A stretch of DNA of 32,000 nt. It comes from Candidatus Iainarchaeum sp. (lineage in GTDB: Archaea; Iainarchaeota; Iainarchaeia; Iainarchaeales; JAZDEL01). The stretch lies in assembly GCA_043808785.1 (NCBI GenBank), contig JAZDEL010000010.1:201550-233549 (forward strand), in the 5' to 3' direction. The position numbers and the translations under genes are program-made. Of this stretch, positions 15,121 through 24,171 are shown one piece after another (position 1 is the first letter of the stretch; each line of letters starts with the position of its first letter). The notes beneath the pieces were generated by a model, which ran no database searches, had not been told where the DNA came from, and saw only the letters and a list, made by a program, of their open reading frames with translations.

Positions 15121-17382
15121 ATGCCGCAGTTTATCGAGCACCCGCTAATAAAACCCGGCACCGTGGAGGGCAGGGTTTACCAGGAAGTGCTTGCTGCACG
15201 TGTCCTCGAGCGCGGGAACTCGCTTGTTGTCGCCCCTACAGCGCTCGGAAAGACGATTGTGGCGGTGCTTGTCGCTGCGCACCGCATGCAGGAAAGGAAG
15301 GGCTCGAAAGTGCTCTTTCTTGCCCCCACGAAACCGCTTGCTGTGCAGCACCATAAGAGTTTTTCCAAATTCCTCGCGCTTGAGGGGGGCAAATTAAGCG
15401 TCCTTACCGGCACAGCCTCGCCAAAAGAACGCGAACAGGTGTGGGAAAGCGCGGAGTTCATTTCAGCAACCCCCCAGACAATAGAAAACGACCTTGTGGG
15501 GGGGAGGCTGAACCTTAAGGGCGTCTCCCTGCTTATTTTTGACGAGGCGCACCGCGCCGTGGGGGATTATTCTTATGTTTTCATCGCCCAGCGCTACCTG
15601 GCGCAGGCTGAAAACCCCCTGATTTTGGCACTCACAGCCTCCCCGGGCGGGGAAAAGGAGCACATACAGGACGTTTGCAGGAACCTTTTCATAAAAAACA
15701 TCGAAATCAAGACAGGCGAGGATGCGGATGTCAAGCCCTATGTGAAACCAATAGATGCGGAGTGGGTTAAGGTGGACCTTCCCGCTGAAATGCTCGAGGC
15801 GAAAGGCCTTTTGGAGAAGTTCATGCGCGAGCAATTGGTTTTCCTCAAGCGCCTTGGCTATGCGCAGAGCATAAACACGCGACTGCTGGGGAAAAGGCAG
15901 ATGCTCGAGCTGCAGGGCAGGATAAGGCGCGACCTTGCAATTCATGCCAAAACCCGCCCGAGTTTGTGGGCAGCGGTTTCAAGGGCTGCGGCACTGCTTA
16001 AGGTTTCGCACGCGCACACTTTGCTCGAAACCCAGAGCCTTTCCGCTGTTGACGATTACTTCACGCGCATGGGAAAGGAGGGTTCGAAGGCTGCCAAAGG
16101 GGTTCTTGCGGATGAAGGCGTGGGGAAGGCGGTGAAAATCGTCCGCACCCTTGTGAATGCGGGGGTCCAGCACCCCAAACTCGAGAAGCTGCAAAACATT
16201 CTCCTTACCCAGTTCAAGGAAAACCCCGAAAGCAGGGTTTTGGTTTTCAACCATTACAGGGATTCGATTTCAAACCTTGAAAAATATCTCGCGCAGTTCC
16301 CCGAGATAAAGGCATCGAGGTTCATAGGGCAGGCAGCGCGCGGGGAACAGAAGGGCATGAGCCAGAAGGAGCAAATAGAACTGCTTGTTCGGTTCAAGGA
16401 AGGGGAGTTCAACACTTTGCTTTGCTCTTCCGTTGCCGAGGAAGGGCTGGATATTCCAGCCGTTGACTTGGTGGTTTTTTTCGAGGCAGTGCCCTCGGAG
16501 ATACGCACAATACAAAGGCGCGGAAGGACGGGAAGGTTTGCAAGGGGAAGGGTTATAATTCTCCTTGCGAAGGGCACGCGCGATGAAGCCTTTTACTGGT
16601 CCTCGCAGGCGAAGGAGAAGCAGATGCACCGCACTTTGCATGAGATGAAACGCGAAACCGCAGACGGTGGGGCAAGTGCGGTGCTTCCCAAGCAAAGCAC
16701 CCTCGTCAAATTCACGGAAGAGGCGAAGGACAAGGTGCTTATTTATGCGGACACGCGCGAGCAGGCGTGTGAAGTGGTAAAAACCCTCGCTGGCATGGGG
16801 GCAATAGTCAAGGTCAAGCAACTTGAGGTCGGCGACTATATTCTCAGCGACGATATCGCTGTCGAGCGCAAAACCGTTGCCGACTTCCTCCAGAGCATGG
16901 TTGACGGGCGTTTGTTCCAGCAGATTGTGGGCATGAGTTCCAATTACAAGGCGCCGATGATGCTGCTCGAGGGCAGCCCGCAGGAACTTTACACTCTGCG
17001 CAACATCCATCGCAATGCAATAATAGGCGCGCTTACATCGATTGCGGTAAATTACCGCCTGCCCATTCTTTTCACCGCGAACGCCTCCGAAACAGCCGAG
17101 TTCCTTTTCCTCACGGCAAAGCGCGAGCAGTTAGGGAAAGACAAGGACATCCGCCTGCGCACGGGGAGGAAAGGCCTGGCGCTCGCGGAGCAGCAGCAGT
17201 TCATCGTGGAATCGTTCCCCATGGTCGGGCCGAACATGGCGCGCGCTCTTTTGAAAAAGTTCGGCTCGATAAAGAACATAGTGAACGCCCGCTCCCCTGA
17301 ATGGCAGGAAGTCGAAAACCTCGGGCCGAAGAAGGCGAAGCAGATAAGGAAGGTGCTGGTTGCGAAGTGGGAGGAAAAGTAA
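15121..17382 (+). CDS. hef: Hef: helicase-associated endonuclease for fork-structured DNA (SF2 helicase + ERCC4 nuclease + HhH2)
   Basis: APTALGKT (motif I), FDEAHRA (DEAH), LTASPG, and QRRGRTGR (motif VI). The C-terminal part has the ERCC4 motif VERKTVADF and ends in an HhH-like tail. Confidence 0.9.
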   Translation: MPQFIEHPLIKPGTVEGRVYQEVLAARVLERGNSLVVAPTALGKTIVAVLVAAHRMQERKGSKVLFLAPTKPLAVQHHKSFSKFLALEGGKLSVLTGTASPKEREQVWESAEFISATPQTIENDLVGGRLNLKGVSLLIFDEAHRAVGDYSYVFIAQRYLAQAENPLILALTASPGGEKEHIQDVCRNLFIKNIEIKTGEDADVKPYVKPIDAEWVKVDLPAEMLEAKGLLEKFMREQLVFLKRLGYAQSINTRLLGKRQMLELQGRIRRDLAIHAKTRPSLWAAVSRAAALLKVSHAHTLLETQSLSAVDDYFTRMGKEGSKAAKGVLADEGVGKAVKIVRTLVNAGVQHPKLEKLQNILLTQFKENPESRVLVFNHYRDSISNLEKYLAQFPEIKASRFIGQAARGEQKGMSQKEQIELLVRFKEGEFNTLLCSSVAEEGLDIPAVDLVVFFEAVPSEIRTIQRRGRTGRFARGRVIILLAKGTRDEAFYWSSQAKEKQMHRTLHEMKRETADGGASAVLPKQSTLVKFTEEAKDKVLIYADTREQACEVVKTLAGMGAIVKVKQLEVGDYILSDDIAVERKTVADFLQSMVDGRLFQQIVGMSSNYKAPMMLLEGSPQELYTLRNIHRNAIIGALTSIAVNYRLPILFTANASETAEFLFLTAKREQLGKDKDIRLRTGRKGLALAEQQQFIVESFPMVGPNMARALLKKFGSIKNIVNARSPEWQEVENLGPKKAKQIRKVLVAKWEEK

Positions 17383-17384
17383 AC

Positions 17385-18788
17385 TCAGCCATACCTGAAA
17401 ATTCGCACCTTATCCGAACTGTAAGCAAGCGACATGAAATCGCAGTCCGCCTCGAGTATGCCGTTTTGGTAACTGAGGTTGTTCAGCGCGGAAGAATGCA
17501 CAAAGAAATAATCAATCCCGAACGCATCAACGGTTTTTTTTATTTTTCCGCAGTCCGCGGTGCTTATCAGCATGTTCATCGCGTCAAGCCTCTCCTGCAG
17601 GTTCGGGGCGAACTCGAAATAGCCGTCCATGAGCACCTTTCTCCGCGCGAAGTAAGTCAAAGGGTGACCTCGGTCCCATGAGGAGGCAATAGTGGCATTT
17701 GCATCGCTGTTCTCCCGCAGCCAGAGCATGCCCCCCCGTTCCTCATCACTCAGGAACTTGCCGCCGTCGTTGTTCAGTTCCGCTGCGACAGGTATGAACG
17801 CAAGCGTGAAGAGCATAAGGTAAAAAATCGCAAGCTGCATGTTATTTTCCATCTTGCCCGCCACATATGAAATCCCGTATCCCGCAATTATTGCAGCGGG
17901 AATCGAGAGGAATATAGCAAGCCTGAACCCGAGCACGGCAAAAAGCAGCGTGTAAATGAACCATGTCGCAAGGAAGAATTCGCGCTTCATTTTCAGAATG
18001 CCGATTATTATGAAAATCCAAGCGAACGTGAAATATGTCGCGATTCCGATAAGCGAAAAATCGCCCATCTCGGCGGAGGTGTATGAAATATCCGAGACAT
18101 AAAGGTTTGGCGGGTAATGCAGGGTAAGCAGCCACGCAACAAAAACAAAAACCGTTAGCAGGGTTATTGCCGCGTAACTCTTCCACTGCACGGGTTCCTT
18201 CTTCACCCTGAGCACAACCGCGAGCGCAATCATGAGGGTCAGCAGGTATGCGGTTGAAAGCGGGTGCAGCAGCACCGCTGCAGCGGAAAGCAGCGCCGCG
18301 ACCTTGAACCTGCGCATGTAAATCAAATAAATTATCGCCGGCACAATCAGCAGCGCAAGGCCGTCGGGGCGGGAGTAGGATGCGGTGCGCACGACATGTA
18401 TCCCCGTAACCGCAAGCGTGAGCGCGGAGAAAAGCCCCACTTTAGTTCCGAAAATCCTGCGCGCGAAAACGAAAACAAGCAGAACGCCGAAAGTGCCGTA
18501 AACAACGGGGAAGAGGTTTATGAGGAAGGGTACTGGCAGGTTTGTGAATATGCTGAGTACGGCATAGGTTGTGTGGTAGAGGGGCGCGTAGCTGTACCAG
18601 CGGCCTTGGTTTGAGAGTTCGTCATACACAGGCAGGCTTCCGTTGTTCACGATTTCTTCGCTCATCCTTGTGTGGAAATAAGGGTCGGGGCAGATGTTCG
18701 AGCCGGTGAACATGGGCGCAGCCCTTATGAGGAAGGCGAGGATAAACACCAGCGCAAGGGCGAGGAGCATGTGTTTGTTGTTTTCCAT
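17385..18788 (-). CDS. GT-C fold membrane glycosyltransferase, short STT3/AglB-like
   Basis: About 11-13 TM segments, an N-terminal loop CPDPYFHTRM (like STT3 DPxYHxR), and a late SWDRGHPLTYFARRKVLMDG resembling the WWDYG block. The soluble C-terminal domain is only about 100 aa. Confidence 0.5.
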   Translation of the reverse strand: MENNKHMLLALALVFILAFLIRAAPMFTGSNICPDPYFHTRMSEEIVNNGSLPVYDELSNQGRWYSYAPLYHTTYAVLSIFTNLPVPFLINLFPVVYGTFGVLLVFVFARRIFGTKVGLFSALTLAVTGIHVVRTASYSRPDGLALLIVPAIIYLIYMRRFKVAALLSAAAVLLHPLSTAYLLTLMIALAVVLRVKKEPVQWKSYAAITLLTVFVFVAWLLTLHYPPNLYVSDISYTSAEMGDFSLIGIATYFTFAWIFIIIGILKMKREFFLATWFIYTLLFAVLGFRLAIFLSIPAAIIAGYGISYVAGKMENNMQLAIFYLMLFTLAFIPVAAELNNDGGKFLSDEERGGMLWLRENSDANATIASSWDRGHPLTYFARRKVLMDGYFEFAPNLQERLDAMNMLISTADCGKIKKTVDAFGIDYFFVHSSALNNLSYQNGILEADCDFMSLAYSSDKVRIFRYG

Positions 18789-18803
18789 CGCATCGCCTCT
18801 TTC

Positions 18804-19379
18804 CTACTCCAGCCCCAGCAGCGCAATTCGTTCAATCACCGCATCCGCAAGCGGGTTCTCCTTTCCCTTCAGCGCGGCGAGTTCCGCTTCCGATACTCCG
18901 TAAAACCTTTTTATGGAACCCGCGTTCTTTTTTGCGTTTTTTGAAATGAATTTTTTTGTTTTTTCCGCGGAAAGCGGGGCAAAGCCGAGTTCGCGCTCCA
19001 GAACCGCGAAGTTTTTTTTAATTTCATTTTGTGTTTTGCCTTCGACTGCGAGCAGAACAGTGCCGGCGCCTTCCTTAACCTCCGCACCCTCCAGCGCCTT
19101 CCCTACCTGCTTCTTTCCCGTTAACCTCAGCAGGAATTCCATGTGCGGTTCGGAAAGCAGGTTAGTGCCCTGTTCGAATGCGTTCCTCATTTGTGCGTGC
19201 GCGAAAAAAACCTGCTCAGCGGAGGCAACCGCGCGCGGGGAGAAAACCTGCGCGAAAAACGCGCACGAACGGATAGCTTTAATAACCCTATCAACGCTAT
19301 TGATTTTAACCGAGCCCGCCTTCAGGCCGAGGAGGCTTTTGCCGGTTTTGCGGTAAATGAAACGGACCAAGTGAACCAC
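18804..19379 (-). CDS. cgi121: KEOPS subunit Cgi121-like protein
   Basis: AQVFSPRAVASAEQVFFAHAQMRNAFEQGTNLLSEPHMEFLLRLTGKKQVGKALEGAEVKEG matches the Cgi121 core pattern (..A...A..af..g.n.....E.LL...G.rQi..A). GTG start. Confidence 0.55.
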   Translation of the reverse strand: MVHLVRFIYRKTGKSLLGLKAGSVKINSVDRVIKAIRSCAFFAQVFSPRAVASAEQVFFAHAQMRNAFEQGTNLLSEPHMEFLLRLTGKKQVGKALEGAEVKEGAGTVLLAVEGKTQNEIKKNFAVLERELGFAPLSAEKTKKFISKNAKKNAGSIKRFYGVSEAELAALKGKENPLADAVIERIALLGLE

Positions 19380-19449
19380 GCAGTTTGTTGGTTTTTATTA
19401 ATAAATGATAAATTTATGTTAATTTAAACACACATGGAGTTGGCACGGC

Positions 19450-19956
19450 ATGACACAATGGCACGAAAAATCCTTCAGGAAAGCCTCGGGCGGCATACTT
19501 AAAACCCGCAACCGCTGCGACAAGAAACTCTCCTGGCGCGGCGGGCTTGCGGCGGAAACAGCGGTTTCTGCAGGGCCTAAAATGGATGTTTTCCGCACGC
19601 GCGGCGGGGGAACAAAGCGTGCACTGCTTTCCGCGGGCGAGGCGAACATTTCAGAGGGGAAAAAGTCGCACAAGGCGAAAATAATCGCGGTTGTTGAGAA
19701 CAATGCGGACAGGCAGTTCGCAAGGCGCAATGTAATGACAAAGGGCGCGGTTATAAAAATCGAGCTCGGCGGGACACAGCGCTATGCGAAAGTAACCTCG
19801 AAACCGGGGCAGAGCGGCAGTGTTGATGCCGTTCTCCTCGAGGGTTATGTCGAGAAAAAAGCAGGCGGGCAGGAAAAGGCTGAAAAAGCCGCCAAAAGGA
19901 AAGAAAAGGCTGAAAAAGCCGCGGAAGAAGCCGCCCAAACAGCCGATTCCGACTGA
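19450..19956 (+). CDS. rps8e: 30S ribosomal protein S8e with a Lys/Glu/Ala-rich C-terminal extension
   Basis: MTQWHEKSFRKASGG..., FRTRGGGTKRALLSAGEANI, VVENNADRQFARRNVMTKGAVI, and VTSKPGQSGSVDAVLL. Confidence 0.9.
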   Translation: MTQWHEKSFRKASGGILKTRNRCDKKLSWRGGLAAETAVSAGPKMDVFRTRGGGTKRALLSAGEANISEGKKSHKAKIIAVVENNADRQFARRNVMTKGAVIKIELGGTQRYAKVTSKPGQSGSVDAVLLEGYVEKKAGGQEKAEKAAKRKEKAEKAAEEAAQTADSD

Positions 19957-20130
19957 TGCCGTGGTTCTCCCTGAACCTTTGTTCAGCGCTTGAACCGAAA
20001 CGTTTATATACGTTGCCCGTGGCATTTATATAGGTAACAGCCCGCTTCTTTTTAACGTTGGTTGGGTGGAAAGAGCCGTTAATAGTTCCGTGCGTTACCT
20101 CAAATATCTGCAAGCAAGGGTGGTGCGTAT

Positions 20131-21039
20131 ATGGCTGATGCAAAATGCCCCGAATGCGGCTCGGCAAAAGTAAATGTCGATGACGAGAAAGGGGAAGTTA
20201 CATGCGGTTCCTGCGGTCTTGTCCTGACAGAGGATGTTGTGGACCTTGGGAAAGAGTGGCGCAGTTTCGACAGCGACCAGATGGAGGAGAGGGCGCGCAC
20301 AGGCAGCCCGATGAAATACGTGAAGCTTAACAAGGGGCTTGTGACAATGATTGACCGCAGGGGCACCGACCTCCGCGGGAATAAATTGAGTTCGAAAAGC
20401 AGGGCGCAGATGTACAGGCTCATTAAGTGGCAGAAGCGCGCTTCCATAAGTTCCTCAATGCAGCGCAACCTTTCTATCGCGCTCACGGAGCTTAGGCGCG
20501 TTGCGTCATACCTGAACATTCCTGAGCAGCTTATAGAAGCCGCTGCGCTTTTGTACAGGAAAACTGTCAAGAAAGGCCTCATACGCGGGAGGCTTATTGA
20601 AGCAGTGGTTGCGGCAGTGCTTTACACAGTGTGCCGCATCTACAACGTTCCGCGCACCCTGAACGAGATGGCGGAGGCTTCGGGGCTCACAAAAAAGGAA
20701 ATCGGCAGGACATACCGCTTCCTTGTTCGCGAGCTCAAGCTTGAGGTGCCGCTCACTAACCCGACTCACTACATCCCTAGGTTCGCTTCGGAACTGAATC
20801 TCAGCGGAGAGGTGCAGGAGGAGGCGCGCAAAATCCTGGAAAAGGCGATTTCAAACGGCCTTATTTCGGGGCGCGGGCCTACCGGGGTTGCGGCAGCAGC
20901 GGTTTACATCGCCGGCCTGCTGAAAGGCGAGCGCAGGACACAGAAAGAGGTCGCGAACGTTGCGGGCGTGACGGAAGTCACGATAAGGAACCGCTACCGC
21001 GAGCTCAAGAAACGCTTGAATATCGAGGTCGTGGCGTAA
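20131..21039 (+). CDS. tfb: transcription initiation factor IIB (TFB)
   Basis: N-terminal zinc ribbon CPECGS...CGSCGLV, a B-finger/linker, two cyclin-fold repeats, and VTEVTIRNRYRELKK at the C-terminus. Confidence 0.93.
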   Translation: MADAKCPECGSAKVNVDDEKGEVTCGSCGLVLTEDVVDLGKEWRSFDSDQMEERARTGSPMKYVKLNKGLVTMIDRRGTDLRGNKLSSKSRAQMYRLIKWQKRASISSSMQRNLSIALTELRRVASYLNIPEQLIEAAALLYRKTVKKGLIRGRLIEAVVAAVLYTVCRIYNVPRTLNEMAEASGLTKKEIGRTYRFLVRELKLEVPLTNPTHYIPRFASELNLSGEVQEEARKILEKAISNGLISGRGPTGVAAAAVYIAGLLKGERRTQKEVANVAGVTEVTIRNRYRELKKRLNIEVVA

Positions 21040-21080
21040 GCCACGGCTTCCCCCCATTTTTTTCTTTTTTTTGAACCGTG

Positions 21081-21135
21081 CTTCGGCATTATTTAACCTT
21101 TTTGCCCCCTCCTTCGGCATTATTTAAACCTTTTC
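21081..21135 (+). repeat. tandem duplication of a 23-24-nt TATA-containing module (CTTCGGCATTATTTAA(A)CCTTTT x2), with a third ATTTAAACC at 21169-21177
   Basis: Copies at 21081-21103 and 21112-21135 are near-identical. They lie between tfb and the 21200 ORF. Confidence 0.6.
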
Positions 21136-21199
21136 ATTTCCCGCCGAAACCGTGCGGGACTTTATTGTTATTTAAACCCTATCCGTATCCTATTTAGTT

Positions 21200-21487
21200 A
21201 TGGATAAGGTCTTTGCCGAAATGAAGCGCAACTGCAAGCTCTGTTCGGGCAGGCGCATGCTTATGCCGAATGCCCCTGAAAAGTATGCGGTGCAGGACAC
21301 GCTCAAGGAACTGCATTCGCATTACACGAGCGAATACAACGAACTCCGCAGGGCTGACGCGAGCTCGCAGGCAATAAATAACGCCACTTACAATAAGCGC
21401 TTTGCGCTTGATCTCCTTTCCGAATGCAAGGCCTGCGACAAGGAAACCGACATTGTTAACCGCAAGCTGCAGCAGTTCAGGCGCTGA
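21200..21487 (+). CDS. hypothetical small protein with two CxxC pairs
   Basis: 95-aa ORF with CKLC at residues 12-15 and CKAC at 76-79. ATG start downstream of TATA-like boxes. I recognise no family. Confidence 0.45.
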   Translation: MDKVFAEMKRNCKLCSGRRMLMPNAPEKYAVQDTLKELHSHYTSEYNELRRADASSQAINNATYNKRFALDLLSECKACDKETDIVNRKLQQFRR

Positions 21488-21601
21488 CTGCGCGCGATTT
21501 TTCGGGTGGCTGAAAAGCCTTTTAAACCGCGGGCACCTTATCTATAAGGTGTTCGTGAATGTCGGTTGCAGGGTTGTACGCGGGCAGGCGGGGGTTAGTG
21601 G

Positions 21602-22252
21602 ATGCTTGTTGCAGGCGTTGATGAAGCCGGCCGCGGCCCCTGTTTGGGGCCGATGGTGCTTGCCGTAGCGGTTTTCGAGAAGAAGGACGAGCAGAAACTT
21701 CTCGAGCTCGGGGTAAAAGACAGCAAGCTTCTTTCCCCCGCGGAGAGGGAAAGGCAGCTCCCCGAAATAAAGGCAATTGCAAAATCCTTCGGCTCGGCGC
21801 ATGTAAGCGCCACGGAACTCGACAATTACATGCTCAGGCATTCGCTCAATGAAATAGAGGCGATGAAAATCGGGCAGCTTCTGAATTCGCTTAAGGAAAA
21901 GCCTGATATTATTTACGTCGACAGCCCGGATGTGATGCAGGGAAATTTCGCGGAAAGGATAAGGCGCTACACAAACTTCCCCGCCCTTATACGTTCGGAG
22001 CACAAGGCCGACCTGAACTATCCCGCGGTGAGCGCGGCATCGGTGATTGCGAAAGTGGAGCGCGATACGGAGATAGCGAAACTCGCGGAAATTTACGGCG
22101 AGGTCGGTTCGGGTTATTCGCACGATGAAGTGACAATAAAATTCATAAAAAATTACCTCAAGGAGCACAGCGCCCTCCCCCACTTCGTGAGGAAGTGCTG
22201 GTGCACGAACCAACGCCTCCTTGACGAGAGGTTTCAGACTAAATTGCTTTGA
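21602..22252 (+). CDS. rnhB: ribonuclease HII
   Basis: VAGVDEAGRGPCLGPMVLA, YVDSPD, HKADLNYPAVSAASVIAKV, and GSGYSHD. Confidence 0.9.
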   Translation: MLVAGVDEAGRGPCLGPMVLAVAVFEKKDEQKLLELGVKDSKLLSPAERERQLPEIKAIAKSFGSAHVSATELDNYMLRHSLNEIEAMKIGQLLNSLKEKPDIIYVDSPDVMQGNFAERIRRYTNFPALIRSEHKADLNYPAVSAASVIAKVERDTEIAKLAEIYGEVGSGYSHDEVTIKFIKNYLKEHSALPHFVRKCWCTNQRLLDERFQTKLL

Positions 22253-22275
22253 TTGTTTTTTTGCGGGTGAGGGAT

Positions 22276-22776
22276 ATGGATTTTGAAAAGGACAAAAACG
22301 AAAAAAACAAACAAACGGTTCCAGAAAAGAGTTTCGACATTTATTTCGATTTCGGCAAGTTCGAGGAGCTTGTTGATAAAATGATGTCCGAACTGCTTTC
22401 GGAGGGCGAGCCTGTTTCAACGGACGGAAAGCCGATTGTTATGGGCTTCACGATGAAGATAGGCCCCGACGGGAACGCGCATGTGGAAAGTTTCGGAAAC
22501 GTCAGGCAGAAACAAAAGGGCGTAATGGTTGCCGATGTTCGCGAACCGCTAACCGATGTTGTTGATTCGGGCAGTGAACTTACTATCACGGCGGAACTCC
22601 CCGGGGTTGAAATGAAGGACGTTTCACTCGCATTTGAGGGAGAGAAACTCAAAATCAGCGCGGGAAAGCCGCCCGCATTTTCAAAGGAAATTTCTTTCCC
22701 TTGTGCAGTGCTTCCCGAAACAATGCGCGCGGGGATGAAGAACGGCATACTCGAGGCGGTTGTTAGGAAGGCTTAG
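22276..22776 (+). CDS. Hsp20/alpha-crystallin family small heat-shock protein
   Basis: EPLTDVVDSGSELTITAELPGVEMKDVSLAFEGEKLKISA...GMKNGILEAVV is the ACD pattern. ATG at 22276. Confidence 0.8.
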   Translation: MDFEKDKNEKNKQTVPEKSFDIYFDFGKFEELVDKMMSELLSEGEPVSTDGKPIVMGFTMKIGPDGNAHVESFGNVRQKQKGVMVADVREPLTDVVDSGSELTITAELPGVEMKDVSLAFEGEKLKISAGKPPAFSKEISFPCAVLPETMRAGMKNGILEAVVRKA

Positions 22777-23343
22777 TTACTGTTCCGCCTGGGACTCGGT
22801 TTCGGCATGCTGTTCGTTCCGCTGTACGGGCGCAGGAGCACCGGTGCCGCTTATCTCCGCGCTCGCAGCTGCCTCCCCTTTCCCGCCCTTGCCGAAATAT
22901 TCCACGAACTTTTTAGTCGTGTAAATTTTATACGTGCGCCCTGTGCGCTCCTTGCGGATGAAGCCCTTTTCCTTGAGCAGCCTTATGTGCTCGTATGCCT
23001 TGCTGTTCCTGTATCCTATTACTTCCGCCTGCACAACAGGCTGCTTGTATGCGATGTAAGCGAGCGTCTTCATAATCCCCTTGTGGAATTCGGGAGCGGA
23101 AGCCATGTGCCCGACGCTGCCCTCGTACTCGCGCCTTACAGCCATCCTGAACCCCTCCTCGCCGTCCCTTATTTCGAGCGCGGAATCGTGCGCGTCATAA
23201 TCGTGGCTTAATTCGTTCAGTGCAACCCTTACCTCAGCCATGCTTGTGTTGCTTACCCTGCTGAGTTCCTTGAGGCTCACCGCTCCGGGAGCCATGAAAA
23301 GCGCTGCCTCGACTATTTTCCTGAGTTCAGCCAAAATAAGCAC
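22777..23343 (-). CDS. scpB: segregation and condensation protein B (ScpB)-like, tandem winged-helix
   Basis: IVEAALFMAPGAVSLKEL...ALNELSHDYDAHDSALEI...GFRMAVRREY..., then TLAYIAYKQPVVQAEVIGYR....HIRLLKEKGFI..., then TTKKFVEYFG. Confidence 0.75.
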   Translation of the reverse strand: MLILAELRKIVEAALFMAPGAVSLKELSRVSNTSMAEVRVALNELSHDYDAHDSALEIRDGEEGFRMAVRREYEGSVGHMASAPEFHKGIMKTLAYIAYKQPVVQAEVIGYRNSKAYEHIRLLKEKGFIRKERTGRTYKIYTTKKFVEYFGKGGKGEAAASAEISGTGAPAPVQRNEQHAETESQAEQ

Positions 23344-23426
23344 CCCTACGTGCGTGTATATGATTGGATAGGCAGGGAAAAAAATAATAAGTTAATGCGG
23401 TTCTGATGCAGCCAATCCGGCAGGCA

Positions 23427-23798
23427 TCAGCCCGCGCCCACAAACTGCAATAACCCGCCGCGCTCGATTGCGGAACTTTCCGCGCCGCGCAGCATCACGC
23501 CCACAGTCATGCCAGAGCCCGCGATTGGCGCGCCCTTGTACTTGCAGGTTAATTCGAGAACCTGGCAGTTCTTCCCATTAACAACCGCGGCCATGTTCTC
23601 CCCTACAACCCCTGAAACGATTTTCCCTACCACGTAAATGTCATCCAGTTTATAGAATTTGCACACCTTCACAACCTCGAGCTTGTTCTCTTCCCCCGCC
23701 TTTGCGTGGAATGATTCATAAGGCTGTGTTATTTTTATCGGCGCTCTCACGGAGAAGTCCTGCTTCCCCTTCCCGAATGTTAACGAAACAAGGCTCAT
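23427..23798 (-). CDS. small stand-alone beta-barrel protein resembling translation-factor domain 2 (EF-Tu D2-like)
   Basis: VVGKIVSGVVGENMAAVVNGKNCQVLEL....GAPIAGSGMTVGVMLRGAESSAIERGGLL has the G-rich barrel pattern of GTP_EFTU_D2. No GTPase domain is present. Confidence 0.45.
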   Translation of the reverse strand: MSLVSLTFGKGKQDFSVRAPIKITQPYESFHAKAGEENKLEVVKVCKFYKLDDIYVVGKIVSGVVGENMAAVVNGKNCQVLELTCKYKGAPIAGSGMTVGVMLRGAESSAIERGGLLQFVGAG

Positions 23799-24171
23799 TT
23801 TTTCCCTCCTTTTTTTGTCTTTGCTAGGTTGAAAATCCGATTCCGAATTTCCTGTATTCTAATTCTTTTAACTGGTTATTAGTTCTTGGCTCTTGCAAAC
23901 CCGAACCGTTTTCATTTGCAGGGCTAAAGAATCCGAACCAGTGCGAACAGAATTGGAAACTGCGTGAACAGCAACGCCTGCGCTCGCTGCGCTTGCGCGT
24001 TCACCCCCAACCGAACTATCACCCCTTTTTCACGCAACCGAGCGGCTGCTGTAATTATGTCCCTTTTGTGGTATTTAAACCTTTCCCTGCGGGTTTGATT
24101 ATGTATAAGATGCGGGTTCGGGGTTATTTTGTGCGTTTGCGTGCGTTTTAGCGGTTTGAAAATATGCCGTG

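Noticed and set aside
23837-23908. Possible att direct repeats: CCGATTCCGAA (23837-23847) and AAACCCGAACCG (23897-23908) both recur at 31544-31563.
   Set aside because: The matches are only 11-12 nt. The right-hand copy lies inside a coding region, and CCGAAC-type words are common in this GC-rich DNA. This is not enough to call element ends.
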